From NCBI GenBank assembly GCA_002269645.1, contig NIVC01002971.1, positions 64,287-128,286 of the forward strand: a DNA stretch of 64,000 nt. Reading direction: 5' to 3'. A program made the translations under genes and the position numbers. Position 1 is the first letter of the stretch. Each line of letters opens with the position of its first letter. The DNA is from Macrostomum lignano (taxonomy: Eukaryota). The notes under the pieces were generated by a model, which was given only the letters and a program-made list of their open reading frames with translations, made no database searches and was not told the DNA's origin. Shown here piece after piece: positions 37,819-50,444 of this stretch.

Positions 37819-40590
37819 GCATCATCCCCCTCTGCATCATCCCTCAGCATCATCCCCCCTCAGAATCATTATTTCCCCTCAGCAGCATCCCCCCTCTTAA
37901 ATCATTAATTCCCCTCTGCATCACCCCCCTCAGAATCATCCCCCCTCAGAATCATTATTTTCCCTCAGCATCATCCCCCGCAGAATCATTATTTTCCCTC
38001 AGCATCATCCCCCCTCAGAATCATTATTTTCCCTCAGCATCATCCCCCCTCAGAATCATTATTTTCCCTCAGCATCATCCCCTCTCAGAATCATTATTTT
38101 CCCTCAGCATCATCCCCCCTCAGAATCATTATTTTACCTCAGAATCATCCCCCCTCAGAATCATTATTTTACCTCAGAATCATCCCCCCTCAGAATCATT
38201 ATTTTCCTTCAGAATCATCCCCCTCAGAATCATCCCCCCTCAGAATCATTATTTTCCCTCAGAATCATCCCCCTCAGAATCATTATTTTACCTCAGAATC
38301 ATCCCCCCTCAGAATCATTATTTTCCCTCAGAATCATCCCCCTCAGAATCATCCCCCCTCAGAATCATTATTTTCCCTCAGAATCATCCCCCTCAGAATC
38401 ATTATTTTACCTAAGAATCATCCCCCCTCAGAATCATTATTTTCCCTCAGCATCATCCCCCCGCAGAATCATTATTTTCCCTCAGCATCATCCCCCCTCA
38501 GAATCATTATTTTCCCTCAGCATTTATTTTACCTCAGAATCATTATTTTACCTCAGAATCATTATTTTCCCTCAGCATCATCCCCCTCAGAATCATTATT
38601 TTACCTCAGAATCACCCCCCTCAGAATCATTATTTTACCTCAGCATCATCCCCCCTCAGAATCATTATTTTCCTTCAGAATCATCCCCCTCAGAATCATC
38701 CCCCCTCAGAATCATTATTTTCCCTCAGAATCATCCCCCTCAGAATCATTATTTTACCTCAGAATCATCCCCCTCAGAATCATTATTTTCCCTCAGAATC
38801 ATCCCCCTCAGAATCATCCCCCCTCAGAATCATTATTTTCCCTCAGAATCATCCCCCTCAGAATCATTATTTTACCTAAGAATCATCCCCCCTCAGAATC
38901 ATTATTTTCCCTCAGCATCATCCCCCGCAGAATCATTATTTTCCCTCAGCATCATCCCCCCTCAGAATCATTATTTTCCCTCAGCATTTATTTTACCTCA
39001 GAATCATTATTTTACCTCAGAATCATTATTTTCCCTCAGCATCATCCCCCTCAGAATCATTATTTTACCTCAGAATCACCCCCCTCAGAATCATTATTTT
39101 ACCTCAGCATCATCCCCCCTCAGAATCATTATTTTCCCTCAGAATCATCCCCCCTCAGAATCATTATTTTCCCTCAGAATCATCCCCCCGCAGAATCATT
39201 ATTTTCCCTCAGCATCATCCCCCCTCAGAATCATTATTTTCCCTCAGAATCATCCCCCCTCAGAATCATTATTTTCCCTCAGCATCATCCCCTCTCAGAA
39301 TCATTATTTTCCCTCAGAATCATCCCCCCTCAGAATCATTATTTTACCTCAGAATCATCCCCCCTCAGAATCATTATTTTCCCTCAGAATCATGCCCCTC
39401 AGAATCATCCCCCCTCAGAATCATTATTTTCCCTCAGAATCATCCCCCTCAGAATCATTATTTTACCTCAGAATCATCCCCCCTCAGAATCATTATTTTC
39501 CCTCAGAATCATCCCCCTCAGAATCATTATTTTACCTCAGAATCATCCCCCCTCAGAATCATTATTTTACCTCAGAATCATCCCCCCTCAGAATCATTAT
39601 TTTCCCTCAGAATCATCCCCCTCAGAATCATCCCCCTCAGAATCATTATTTTCCCTCAGAATCATCCCCCCTCAGAATCATTATTTTACCTCAGAATCAT
39701 CCCCCCTCAAAATCATTATTTTCCCTCAGAATCATCCCCCCTCAGAATCATTATTTTACCTCAGAATCATCCCCCCTCAGAATCATCCCCCCTCAGAATC
39801 ATCCCCCCTCAGAATCATCCCCCCTCAGAATCATCCCCCCTCAGAATCATCCCCCCTCAGAATCATTATTTTCCCTCAGAATCATCCCCCCTCAGAATCA
39901 TTATTTTCCCTCAGAATCATTATTTTCCCTCAGAATCATCCCCCTCAGAATCATTATTTTACCTCAGAATCATTATTTTACCTCAGAATCATTATTTTAC
40001 CTCAGAATCATTATTTTACCTCAGAATCATCCCCCTCAGAATCATCCCCCCTCAGAATCATTATTTTCCCTCAGAATCATTATTTTCCCTCAGAATCATT
40101 ATTTTACCTCAGAATCATTATTTTACCTCAGAATCATTATTTTCCCTCAGCATCATCCCCCTCAGAATCATTATTTTACCTCAGAATCACCCCCCTCAGA
40201 ATCATTATTTTACCTCAGAATCATCCCCCTCAGAATCATTATTTTACCTCAGCATCATCCCCCCTCAGAATCATTATTTTCCCTCAGAATCATCCCCCTC
40301 AGAATCATTATTTTACCTCAGAATCACCCCCCTCAGAATCATTATTTTACCTCAGCATCATCCCCCCTCAGAATCATTATTTTTCCTCAGAATCATCCCC
40401 CTCAGAATCATTATTTTACCTCAGAATCATCCCCCTCAGAATCATTATTTTACCTCGGAATCATCCCCCTCAGAATCATTATTTTACCTCAGCATCATCC
40501 CCCCTCAGAATCAATTTTTTTCCTCAGAATCATCCCCCTCAGAATCATTATTTTACCTCGGAATCATCCCCCTCAGAATCATTATTTTCC
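37819..40590. repeat. ~2.8-kb two-module minisatellite: CAGAATCATCCCCC(C)T (15-16 bp) and CAGAATCATTATTTT(C/A)CCT (19 bp)
   Basis: Directly visible; the 401-aa ORF at 39392 is an artefact of it. Confidence 0.95.
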
Positions 40591-40826
40591 CATATAATGC
40601 CTTGAGACGCGCCCTGTGACACTAGAGACTATCCAGTGTACTTTGTTGTTGTTTCCCTCAGAATCATTATTCCCCTCAGCATGATTCCCTAAGGTACAAC
40701 CTGCAGGTGCAGGTATTTATTGGTGATCATCTTAAAGCGTCACACTCGTTCGTTCTTCGCTACGTAGAAGTTGAGCAGCTCGTCGGAAAAAAAGCTCTTT
40801 TTAGACCTAGACCTTAGACCTTTTAG

Positions 40827-41228
40827 TCTTTGGCCGGACCCAAGTGAAAAGGGAATTCGGTTCTGCAGTCTATGGCCGGACCCAAGTGGGAAAGATGCAG
40901 TCTATGGCCGGACCCAAGTGGGGAAAAACGGTTCTGCAGTCTATGGCCGGACCCAAGTGGGGAAAAACGGTTCTGCAGTCTATGGCCGGACCCAAGTGGG
41001 GAAAAACGGTTCTGCAGTCTATGACCGGACCCAAGTGGGGAAAAACGGTTCTGCAGTCTATGGCCGGACCCAAGTGGGGAAAAACGGTTCTGCAGTCTAT
41101 GGCCGGACCCAAGTGGGGAAAAACGGTTCTGCAGTCTATGGCCGGACCCAAGTGGGGAAAAACGGTTCTGCAGTCTATGGCCGGACCCAAGTGGGGAAAA
41201 TGCACACTCTATGGCCGGACCCAAGTGA
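40827..41228. repeat. 39-bp minisatellite GTCTATGGCCGGACCCAAGTGGGGAAAAACGGTTCTGCA, about 11 copies including degenerate end units
   Basis: Direct tandem copies with no unique spacers. Confidence 0.93.
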
Positions 41229-41639
41229 GAAAGAAATACCACCTAGAGCAAGCTGTACTTACAATGCCATAATTCGGTTAGCTTTAAAGTGCAAGCGAAA
41301 TCTGTGACAAAAAGCGACAGCAATAGCAAAATCAAAGACAGAGAGAGAGAATGCAAAGCCGTGAATTATGTTTGGACGGTGCCCAAATTAGAGTCATTAA
41401 CATGCAATGCCGCCTAAAAGCAGTGCGCCAGAGCAGCTTGAAAAGCTTTTAAATGTAAAAGCTTCATTCCTGATTAGAAGGCATGACGTCATGCAGGCTC
41501 AAACTGATTTCACACGTGCCTTACTGGCTAATCTTGCGCATAGTTGTCGACCTTTGCTTAGCGACTCGGATCCTGAGCCTCCCGTCTTGAGTAAAGACAA
41601 ATTTACTGTGTTCAAGCAAGACTATCCTCAGTTGCTGGT

Positions 41640-42060
41640 GCCCCCTCAAATAAAATGGCGCCCTCTAAAAATGAAATAGCGCCCTCTCAAAATAAAATGG
41701 CGCCCTCTAAAAATGAAATAGCGCCCTCTAAAAATGGAATGGCGCCCTCTCAAAATAAAATGGCGCCCTCTAAAAATGAAATAGCGCCCTCTAAAAATGG
41801 AATGGCGCCCTCTCAAAATAAAATAGCGCCCTCTCAAAATGGGATGGTGCCCTCTCAAAATAAAATGGCACCCTCTAAAAATGAAATTGCGCCCTCTCAA
41901 AATAGAATGGCGCCCTCTCAAAATGAAATAGCGCACCTATAATGAAATAACGCCCTTAAAGTGAAATGGCGCCCCTCAAAAGAAATGGCGCCTCCCAAAA
42001 GTAAATGGTAGCCTCCTCGAATGAAATGGTGCCTCCCCTCAACAGAAATGGAGCCCCCTC
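41640..42060. repeat. 21-bp minisatellite (AAAATRAAAT(G/A)GCGCCCTCT)n
   Basis: Period 21, decaying to the right. Confidence 0.88.
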
Positions 42061-42626
42061 AGATAAAAATCAACAGAAAAAGCGCTGCCTGCATAAATCT
42101 GCATAAAACCCATCCAAGTAATCTCCGCATTTTCGACAGCTGTAGCCCTTCTCTGTAGCTTTAGTGCCATTCGACCGCCGCAGGACAAAGATCTGGGCAT
42201 AGAATTTATACAGCCTCTTTAAGCCGGAAACCCTCAATCAGGACCGAAGTCCCTGAAGACAAGATGCAACCCTATAATTAAATTTGAAGCAATTACGGGC
42301 ACAAACAAAACTTTCATTGCGATGGCTGAGTCTTGCGCGCAAGTTATGCGACCCTCGAGTCCCAGGACCGCGTCTCTCGAAGTAGCAGCAGTTAATTGCC
42401 GAGCCGAAATCCGAATTAGGAAACTTTTATTTTTGTGCCTGAAGAGCACTTTGCTCGGATGTCGTGACGTCTCGGCTTCGATGCCTGAAAGCGAATAAAC
42501 GAATTGGATTCTCAGAACTGAACGCTGCCTTCTTCGTGCTGCGCTAGCCGGATTGTGAGTTAACGCATGGGCTGTCAAATGCATTTAGAGGCGAAAAAGT
42601 TTACTGGGCACACTCTAATTAGCGTT

Positions 42627-44549
<1,923 letters not shown>

Positions 44550-44869
44550 TTTGCAACAGGCGAAGCAAAAGAACTTGGCAGTTTTTTTGTTGCAAAAAAC
44601 ACATTTTTTATATTTGCGAATCGGGTGAAGAACTTTATCGGCGCGCTGCCATTGCAGTCGGGACAGTTTCTAAACCTACTGTAATTGTTATTTTAATTCG
44701 AATGAAAAAAACAGCTCTCCATTGCTATCTATTTATTTGAAGCGGTTAAAATGTAACAAAAATTATTTGACAAGGTACGCGTGTGTTACAAGCTATGAAT
44801 ACGGTTATTGTTTTTTTCTTATTTCAGTTCAATAAGGTCTCTAACCTTATTTTTTATCATAAATTTTGT

Positions 44870-45270
44870 AGTTCACTCCTGGAGCTGCAAGTGGTTCACT
44901 CCTACTGTTCTTGTCGTTCACTCTTACTATTATTGTAGTTCACTCCTACTAGTCTTGTAGTTCACTCTTACTATTCTTTAGTTCACTCCTACTGTTTTTG
45001 TAGTTCACTCCTACTGTTCTTGTAGCTCACTCTTACTATTCTTGTAGTTCGCTCTTACTATTCTTGTAGTTCGCTCTTACTATTCTTGTAGTTCACTCTG
45101 ACTATTCTTGTAGTTCACTCTTATTATTCTTGTAGTTCACTCTGACTATTCTTGTAGTGCACTCTTATTATTCTTGTAGTTCACTCTGACTATTCTTGTA
45201 GTTCACTCTTACTATTCTTGTAGTTCACTCCTACTACTCTTTTAGTTCACTCCTTCTTGCAGTTCACTCC
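44870..45270. repeat. 22-bp minisatellite (GTAGTTCACTCTTACTATTCTT)n
   Basis: Period 22; lies just past the GPCR stop codon. Confidence 0.9.
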
Positions 45271-45287
45271 GCCAGTTATTAAGCAGT

Positions 45288-46685
45288 TCAATTTCCCCGC
45301 CAGGACTTCACTCTCTCGGTCGTGGCTGCTGCTGCATGCTGCTGCTGCTGCATTTCGTTCCGGCTGCTGAAGTTCCAGCTCTGCAGCGCCACCAGCTCGC
45401 CGCAGCTGCCCCGCCTCGACTGTCCAAGTCCGCCGCCGCCGCCGTTTCCGTTGCCTCCAGCGGTGCCACCAGCAGTGCCATCAGCCGCCGGGGAGCTGTT
45501 CAGCTTGCTGCAGCCGGCGCGCAGAGCCCTGCGGAAGCTCCTGCTGTACCGCGTCAGGATGAGGAAGTTCAGGCAGGAGTCCACGGGGACAAAGGCCAGG
45601 CCCAAGTTCGCCAGGCACTCCATCCACTCCAGGTCCACCTCCAGCTCGGGCAGCGGTCTCGAGGTGCACAGGATGTACACCACGGTGACGATGTGCATCA
45701 CGGCGAACGGCAGCTCGCAGACGACGAAGCCGAGCGACAGCAGCAGGACGAGCTTGCAGGAGCGCCTGGCCGCGGCCCGGTTGAACGCCCGGCCCAGCAG
45801 CGCCGCGGCCATCCGAGCGCCCATGCCCGCGATGAAGGCGCCCGGCAGGATGCTGCCGAGGAACATCACGACGGCGTAGCGGATCAGCGTCGGCCGCAGC
45901 GCCTCACGAAGCGCTCGGCCCTCGGCGCGGCCGAAAGCGTCCGCCGGCTGAGACCGGTTGACGACTTGCTCAACAGCGGCGGCAGCGGCGGCGGTGGCGT
46001 CGGGAGCCAACTGGATGACGCTCTGGTTGACCAGCTGCACCGGCATCTTTCCGGGGGCGGTGGCGGCGGCGCTCAGCCAGACAACGGCGGTAACCATGAC
46101 AACGATGCCAATCAGGGTCTGTGCTTGGCGACGGGCGCCGAAGAATACGCCGGCCTGAGCGGCACGGAACGGCTGCACGATGACTATGAGGCGGCAGGCC
46201 GTGATGGCCAGCAGCCAATAGTTCCTGATGGCGTGCAGCGTGTGGAAGCCGGACTCCAGGTGCAGCCGGCCGGAGGCGCGGTACACGATGAGGAAGCAGA
46301 CCAAGAAGAGGCTGAGGGCGATCTCGGAGCCGGTGAGCACCAGCAAGCTGTTCGTCTTGCCGTGCCGCGACGCCTGGCGCTTCTGCGTGAGCGCCCGCAG
46401 CAGGTAGGCGTTGAGCAACACGGCGAACAGGGCGAAGGCCAGGGTGAGGCTCCAGGTGACTTCTTCGAAGGGCGGAGTGGATGGCCGCGGGTCGAACAGA
46501 CTCTGACCGGTCGAGTTGGCGAGTTGCTGTCCCATCGAGAGCAGCAGCTGCTCGGGTGCCTGCTGCATAATCAGTTTTGCATCAGTACTTCCGGGATGCG
46601 AAGCTGAAGAGCGGCTTGAAGAGGGGACGGCGCAGCAGGTGACGACTTTTCCGTCTATATTTGGGCTTTTAAGGCTCAGAACCAA
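45288..46685 (-). CDS. Intronless rhodopsin-like (class A) GPCR, divergent peptide-receptor type, 465 aa
   Basis: Long GC-rich ORF with seven hydrophobic segments. TM1 Asn (VLLN); TM3 end ACRLIVIVQPF (DRY position); TM6 FVVCELP (FxxCxxP); TM7 DSCLNFLIL followed by SRSFRRAL (helix 8). Confidence 0.85.
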   Translation of the reverse strand: MVLSLKSPNIDGKVVTCCAVPSSSRSSASHPGSTDAKLIMQQAPEQLLLSMGQQLANSTGQSLFDPRPSTPPFEEVTWSLTLAFALFAVLLNAYLLRALTQKRQASRHGKTNSLLVLTGSEIALSLFLVCFLIVYRASGRLHLESGFHTLHAIRNYWLLAITACRLIVIVQPFRAAQAGVFFGARRQAQTLIGIVVMVTAVVWLSAAATAPGKMPVQLVNQSVIQLAPDATAAAAAAVEQVVNRSQPADAFGRAEGRALREALRPTLIRYAVVMFLGSILPGAFIAGMGARMAAALLGRAFNRAAARRSCKLVLLLSLGFVVCELPFAVMHIVTVVYILCTSRPLPELEVDLEWMECLANLGLAFVPVDSCLNFLILTRYSRSFRRALRAGCSKLNSSPAADGTAGGTAGGNGNGGGGGLGQSRRGSCGELVALQSWNFSSRNEMQQQQHAAAATTERVKSWRGN

Positions 46686-46986
46686 TTCCTTCTGATTGGC
46701 TGCTCAAGCCCTTCTCCTTGTTCTCTGAGAAACCAGACAAGCAGACGTCAGGACAGAGAGTCTCTACGCCTCTACCGTTTGTTCTGTAATCAATCGTATT
46801 GACAGGTGGATACCTAGAGACAGCTCATTTTTTAGTTTATAGGATTTTATAGGATCTCTAAACTTCACAAATATTCCCCCAATGTAACTTTTCCAATCTT
46901 AGAAATAAAAAATTATTTGGGTTTTGATGGCTGTGAAGTTTGGGGACGGTGACAGCACCGATATAGTTATGGCAGACTTGCTACCG

Positions 46987-47241
46987 ACAGCTCAGCCGCA
47001 GCTATTGAGCAGCGCAACCAAAGGCTGCGCACGGCTCTTCAGTCCAAGGACCAGGGAGTCGCCACACACCCTCAATTACCCCAGTTAATGCTGGTACCCT
47101 TTTACAGCTGGTTGAGCTGTAAAATGCAATGTGAGATTTAAATGTCTTGCTCAAAGAAACAAATTGTTCCGAATGGATCGAGAAACGAATCTCAGGCCTT
47201 TCTGTCATGAGTCCGACGCTCTGCCCACTTGGCTACAACCC
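46987..47241 (+). mobile_element. SINE/LINE 3'-tail-like interspersed repeat, copy 2
   Basis: Homologous to 9441-9680; runs directly into the 18-bp array. Confidence 0.6.
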
Positions 47242-49189
47242 TCACTAGGCTACAACCCCACACTAGGCTACAGCTACAGCCCCTCACTAGGCTACAACCC
47301 CACACTAGGCTACAGCTACAGCCCCTCACTAGGCTACAACCCCACACTAGGCTACAGCTACAGCCCCTCACTAGGCTACAACCCCTAGGCTACTACCCCT
47401 CACTAGGCTACAACCCCTCTAGGCTACTACAGGCTACCCCTCACTAGGCTACAACCCCACACTAGGCTACAGCTACAGCCCCTCACTAGGCTACAACCCC
47501 TCACTAGGCTACAGCTACAGCCCCTCACTAGGCTACAACCCCTCACTAGGCTACAACCCCACACTAGGCTACAGCTACAGCCCTCACTAGGCTACAACCC
47601 CTCACTAGGCTACAACCCCTCACTAGGCTACAACCCCTCACTAGGCTACAACCCCTCACTAGGCTACAACCCCTCACTAGGCTACAACCCCTCACTAGGC
47701 TACAACCCCACACTAGGCTACAGCTACAGCCCCTCACTAGGCTACAACCCCTCACTAGGCTACAACCCCTCACTAGGCTACAATCCCACACTAGGCTACA
47801 ACTCCCCCATTAGGCTACAACTCCCCCATTAGGCTACAACTCCCCCATTAGGCTAAAACTCCCCCATTAGGCTACAACCCCTCACTAGGCTACAATCCCA
47901 CACTAGGCTACAATCCCACACTAGGCTACAACCCCTCACTAGGCTACAACCCCACACTAGGCTAAAACCCCTCACTAGGCTAAAACCCCTCACTAGGCTA
48001 CAACCCCTCACTAGGCTACAACCCCTCACTAGGCTACAACCCCTCACTAGGCTACAATCCCACACTAGGCTACAACTCCCCCATTAGGCTACAACTCCCC
48101 CATTAGGCTACAACTCCCCCATTAGGCTACAACCCCTCACTAGGCTACAATCCCACACTAGGCTACAATCCCACACTAGGCTAAAACCCCTCACTAGGCT
48201 ACAACCCCTCACTAGGCTACAACCCCTCACTAGGCTACAATCCCACACTAGGCTACAACTCCCCCATTAGGCTACAACTCCCCCATTAGGCTACAACTCC
48301 CCCATTAGACTACAACTCCCCCATTAGGCTACAACCCCTCACTAGGCTACAACCCCTCACTAGGCTACAACCCCTCACTAGGCTACAACCCCTCACTAGG
48401 CTACAACCCCTCACTAGGCTACAACCCCTCACTAGGCTACAACCCCACACTAGGCTACAGCTACAGCCCCTCACTAGGCTACAACCCCTCACTAGGCTAC
48501 AACCCCTCACTAGGCTACAATCCCACACTAGGCTACAACTCCCCCATTAGGCTACAACTCCCCCATTAGGCTACAACCCCTCACTAGGCTACAATCCCAC
48601 ACTAGGCTACAATCCCACACTAGGCTACAACCCCTCACTAGGCTACAATCCCACACTAGGCTACAACCCCTCACTAGGCTACAACCCCACACTAGGCTAA
48701 AACCCCTCACTAGGCTAAAACCCCTCACTAGGCTACAACCCCTCACTAGGCTACAACCCCTCACTAGGCTACAACCCCTCACTAGGCTACAACCCCACAC
48801 TAGGCTACAACTCCCCCATTAGGCTACAACTCCCCCATTAGGCTACAACTCCCCCATTAGGCTACAACCCCTCACTAGGCTACAATCCCACACTAGGCTA
48901 CAATCCCACACTAGGCTACAACCCCTCACTAGGCTACAACCCCCCATTAGGCTACAACCCCTCACTAGGCTACAATCCCACACTAGGCTAAAACCCCTCA
49001 CTAGGCTACAACCCCTCACTAGGCTACAACCCCTCACTAGGCTACAACCCCTCACTAGGCTACAATCCCACACTAGGCTACAACTCCCCCATTAGGCTAC
49101 AACTCCCCCATTAGGCTACAACTCCCCCATTAGGCTACAACTCCCCCATTAGGCTACAACTCCCCCATTAGGCTACAACCCCTCACTAG
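47242..49189. repeat. ~1.95-kb 18-bp minisatellite (CACTAGGCTACAACCCCT)n with variants
   Basis: Directly visible; the unit equals the last bases of the adjacent SINE-like element. Confidence 0.95.
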
Positions 49190-49911
49190 TCACCCCTTAG
49201 CTACTGTATTAACGGACTGTCAGGATATTTTGAACAACCGCAAACTTTTTTCAAGCATGGGACACATGGGGCTGAATGAAGCCATGCTCAGAGTGGGTTA
49301 CCGAGGAGCTTCTGGCTAAGAAATAAAAGTGAGAGAAAGCCTTTAAGACAAACAAGCATTTGACACAATAATTTCCTGTTGTTTGCGTGTTGACAACTCT
49401 TCTCCGCAATTCTAATTACAAAGCAGAAGCCGCTTAGAATTCCTAGGAAATTTCCACAATAAATGGAAATTCTTTGAGTTTTCCTGACTGCCGTGCATCT
49501 CCTTTCAGCGCGCGGAAGCAAGGCTCAAAAATTGACACTTCTGTAGCTGTGTAGGCAACCTACCCTCCGCGCCGCCATGCTTAACGGCCAGTCCGATTCG
49601 AGGTCTCTCAAAATATCAGGAATCAGAACGTGACAAACAGCGATACTGCTTTTTTAAGCTGAATACAAAAAGCAGCGTTTTAAAATTCAAAATGAAACGA
49701 GGCTGCCCAAACAGAAGGACAAAGGGAGACAGGAGCGCCCAAAGTCCCTAAAGCTCCACCGCTGCCTTCCGCCAAACCGGATATGAATTTTCAATAATTC
49801 AGTGAAATTGCTTTCTCTGAATTGTGAAACATGATAACTGGCTGCTCCATGCCTCACTTCCATTGTTAATTAACATGCACATCTCATTCCAAGCGAAACA
49901 ATGAAAATAAC

Positions 49912-50108
<197 letters not shown>

Positions 50109-50444
50109 AACTCTGTAACTCATCAGAACAGAAACTGTAAGCATGTGAAGTTTGTCTGCTTTTTCTGTTGTTTGTGCCACTCACTCACTCATTCCCCCCA
50201 GAGCCAGACCAAGGGTTAGCGATAGGGCTGAATGTACATGGCAATGTACAGTGTTTTGGAAAAGCTTTATTTATAGCCTTCTCTGTAGCCCGTTTAGAGG
50301 CTACGCTTAGCCATGACAGTTAAGTGAGAAATTCTAACCACTGTCCTCTGTATGGGCAAGCTCTGCAGCAGTTTAACAAAGAATTGCAATTTGCAAATCA
50401 AGGCAGCATGGTTTGTAAAAGCGAAATATTTATAAAAAAGCGAT

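Noticed and set aside
40827-41228. Possible CRISPR array (39-bp repeat); likewise the 18-, 21- and 22-bp arrays
   Set aside because: Units are head-to-tail with no unique spacers, there are no cas genes, and the context is eukaryotic.
41407-42584. 90-aa and 116-aa ORFs flanking the 21-bp array
   Set aside because: No recognisable motif; partly repeat-derived.
45322-46607. 185-aa plus-strand and 423-aa alternate-frame ORFs over the GPCR
   Set aside because: Shadow ORFs expected from GC-rich coding sequence; no recognisable domains.
50240-50247. Alternative left end of the large Crypton (GGCAATGT, a 7-bp match to the right end)
   Set aside because: Not excluded, but 50445 is preferred because it sits next to the palindrome as in the small element; multi-copy alignment is needed.
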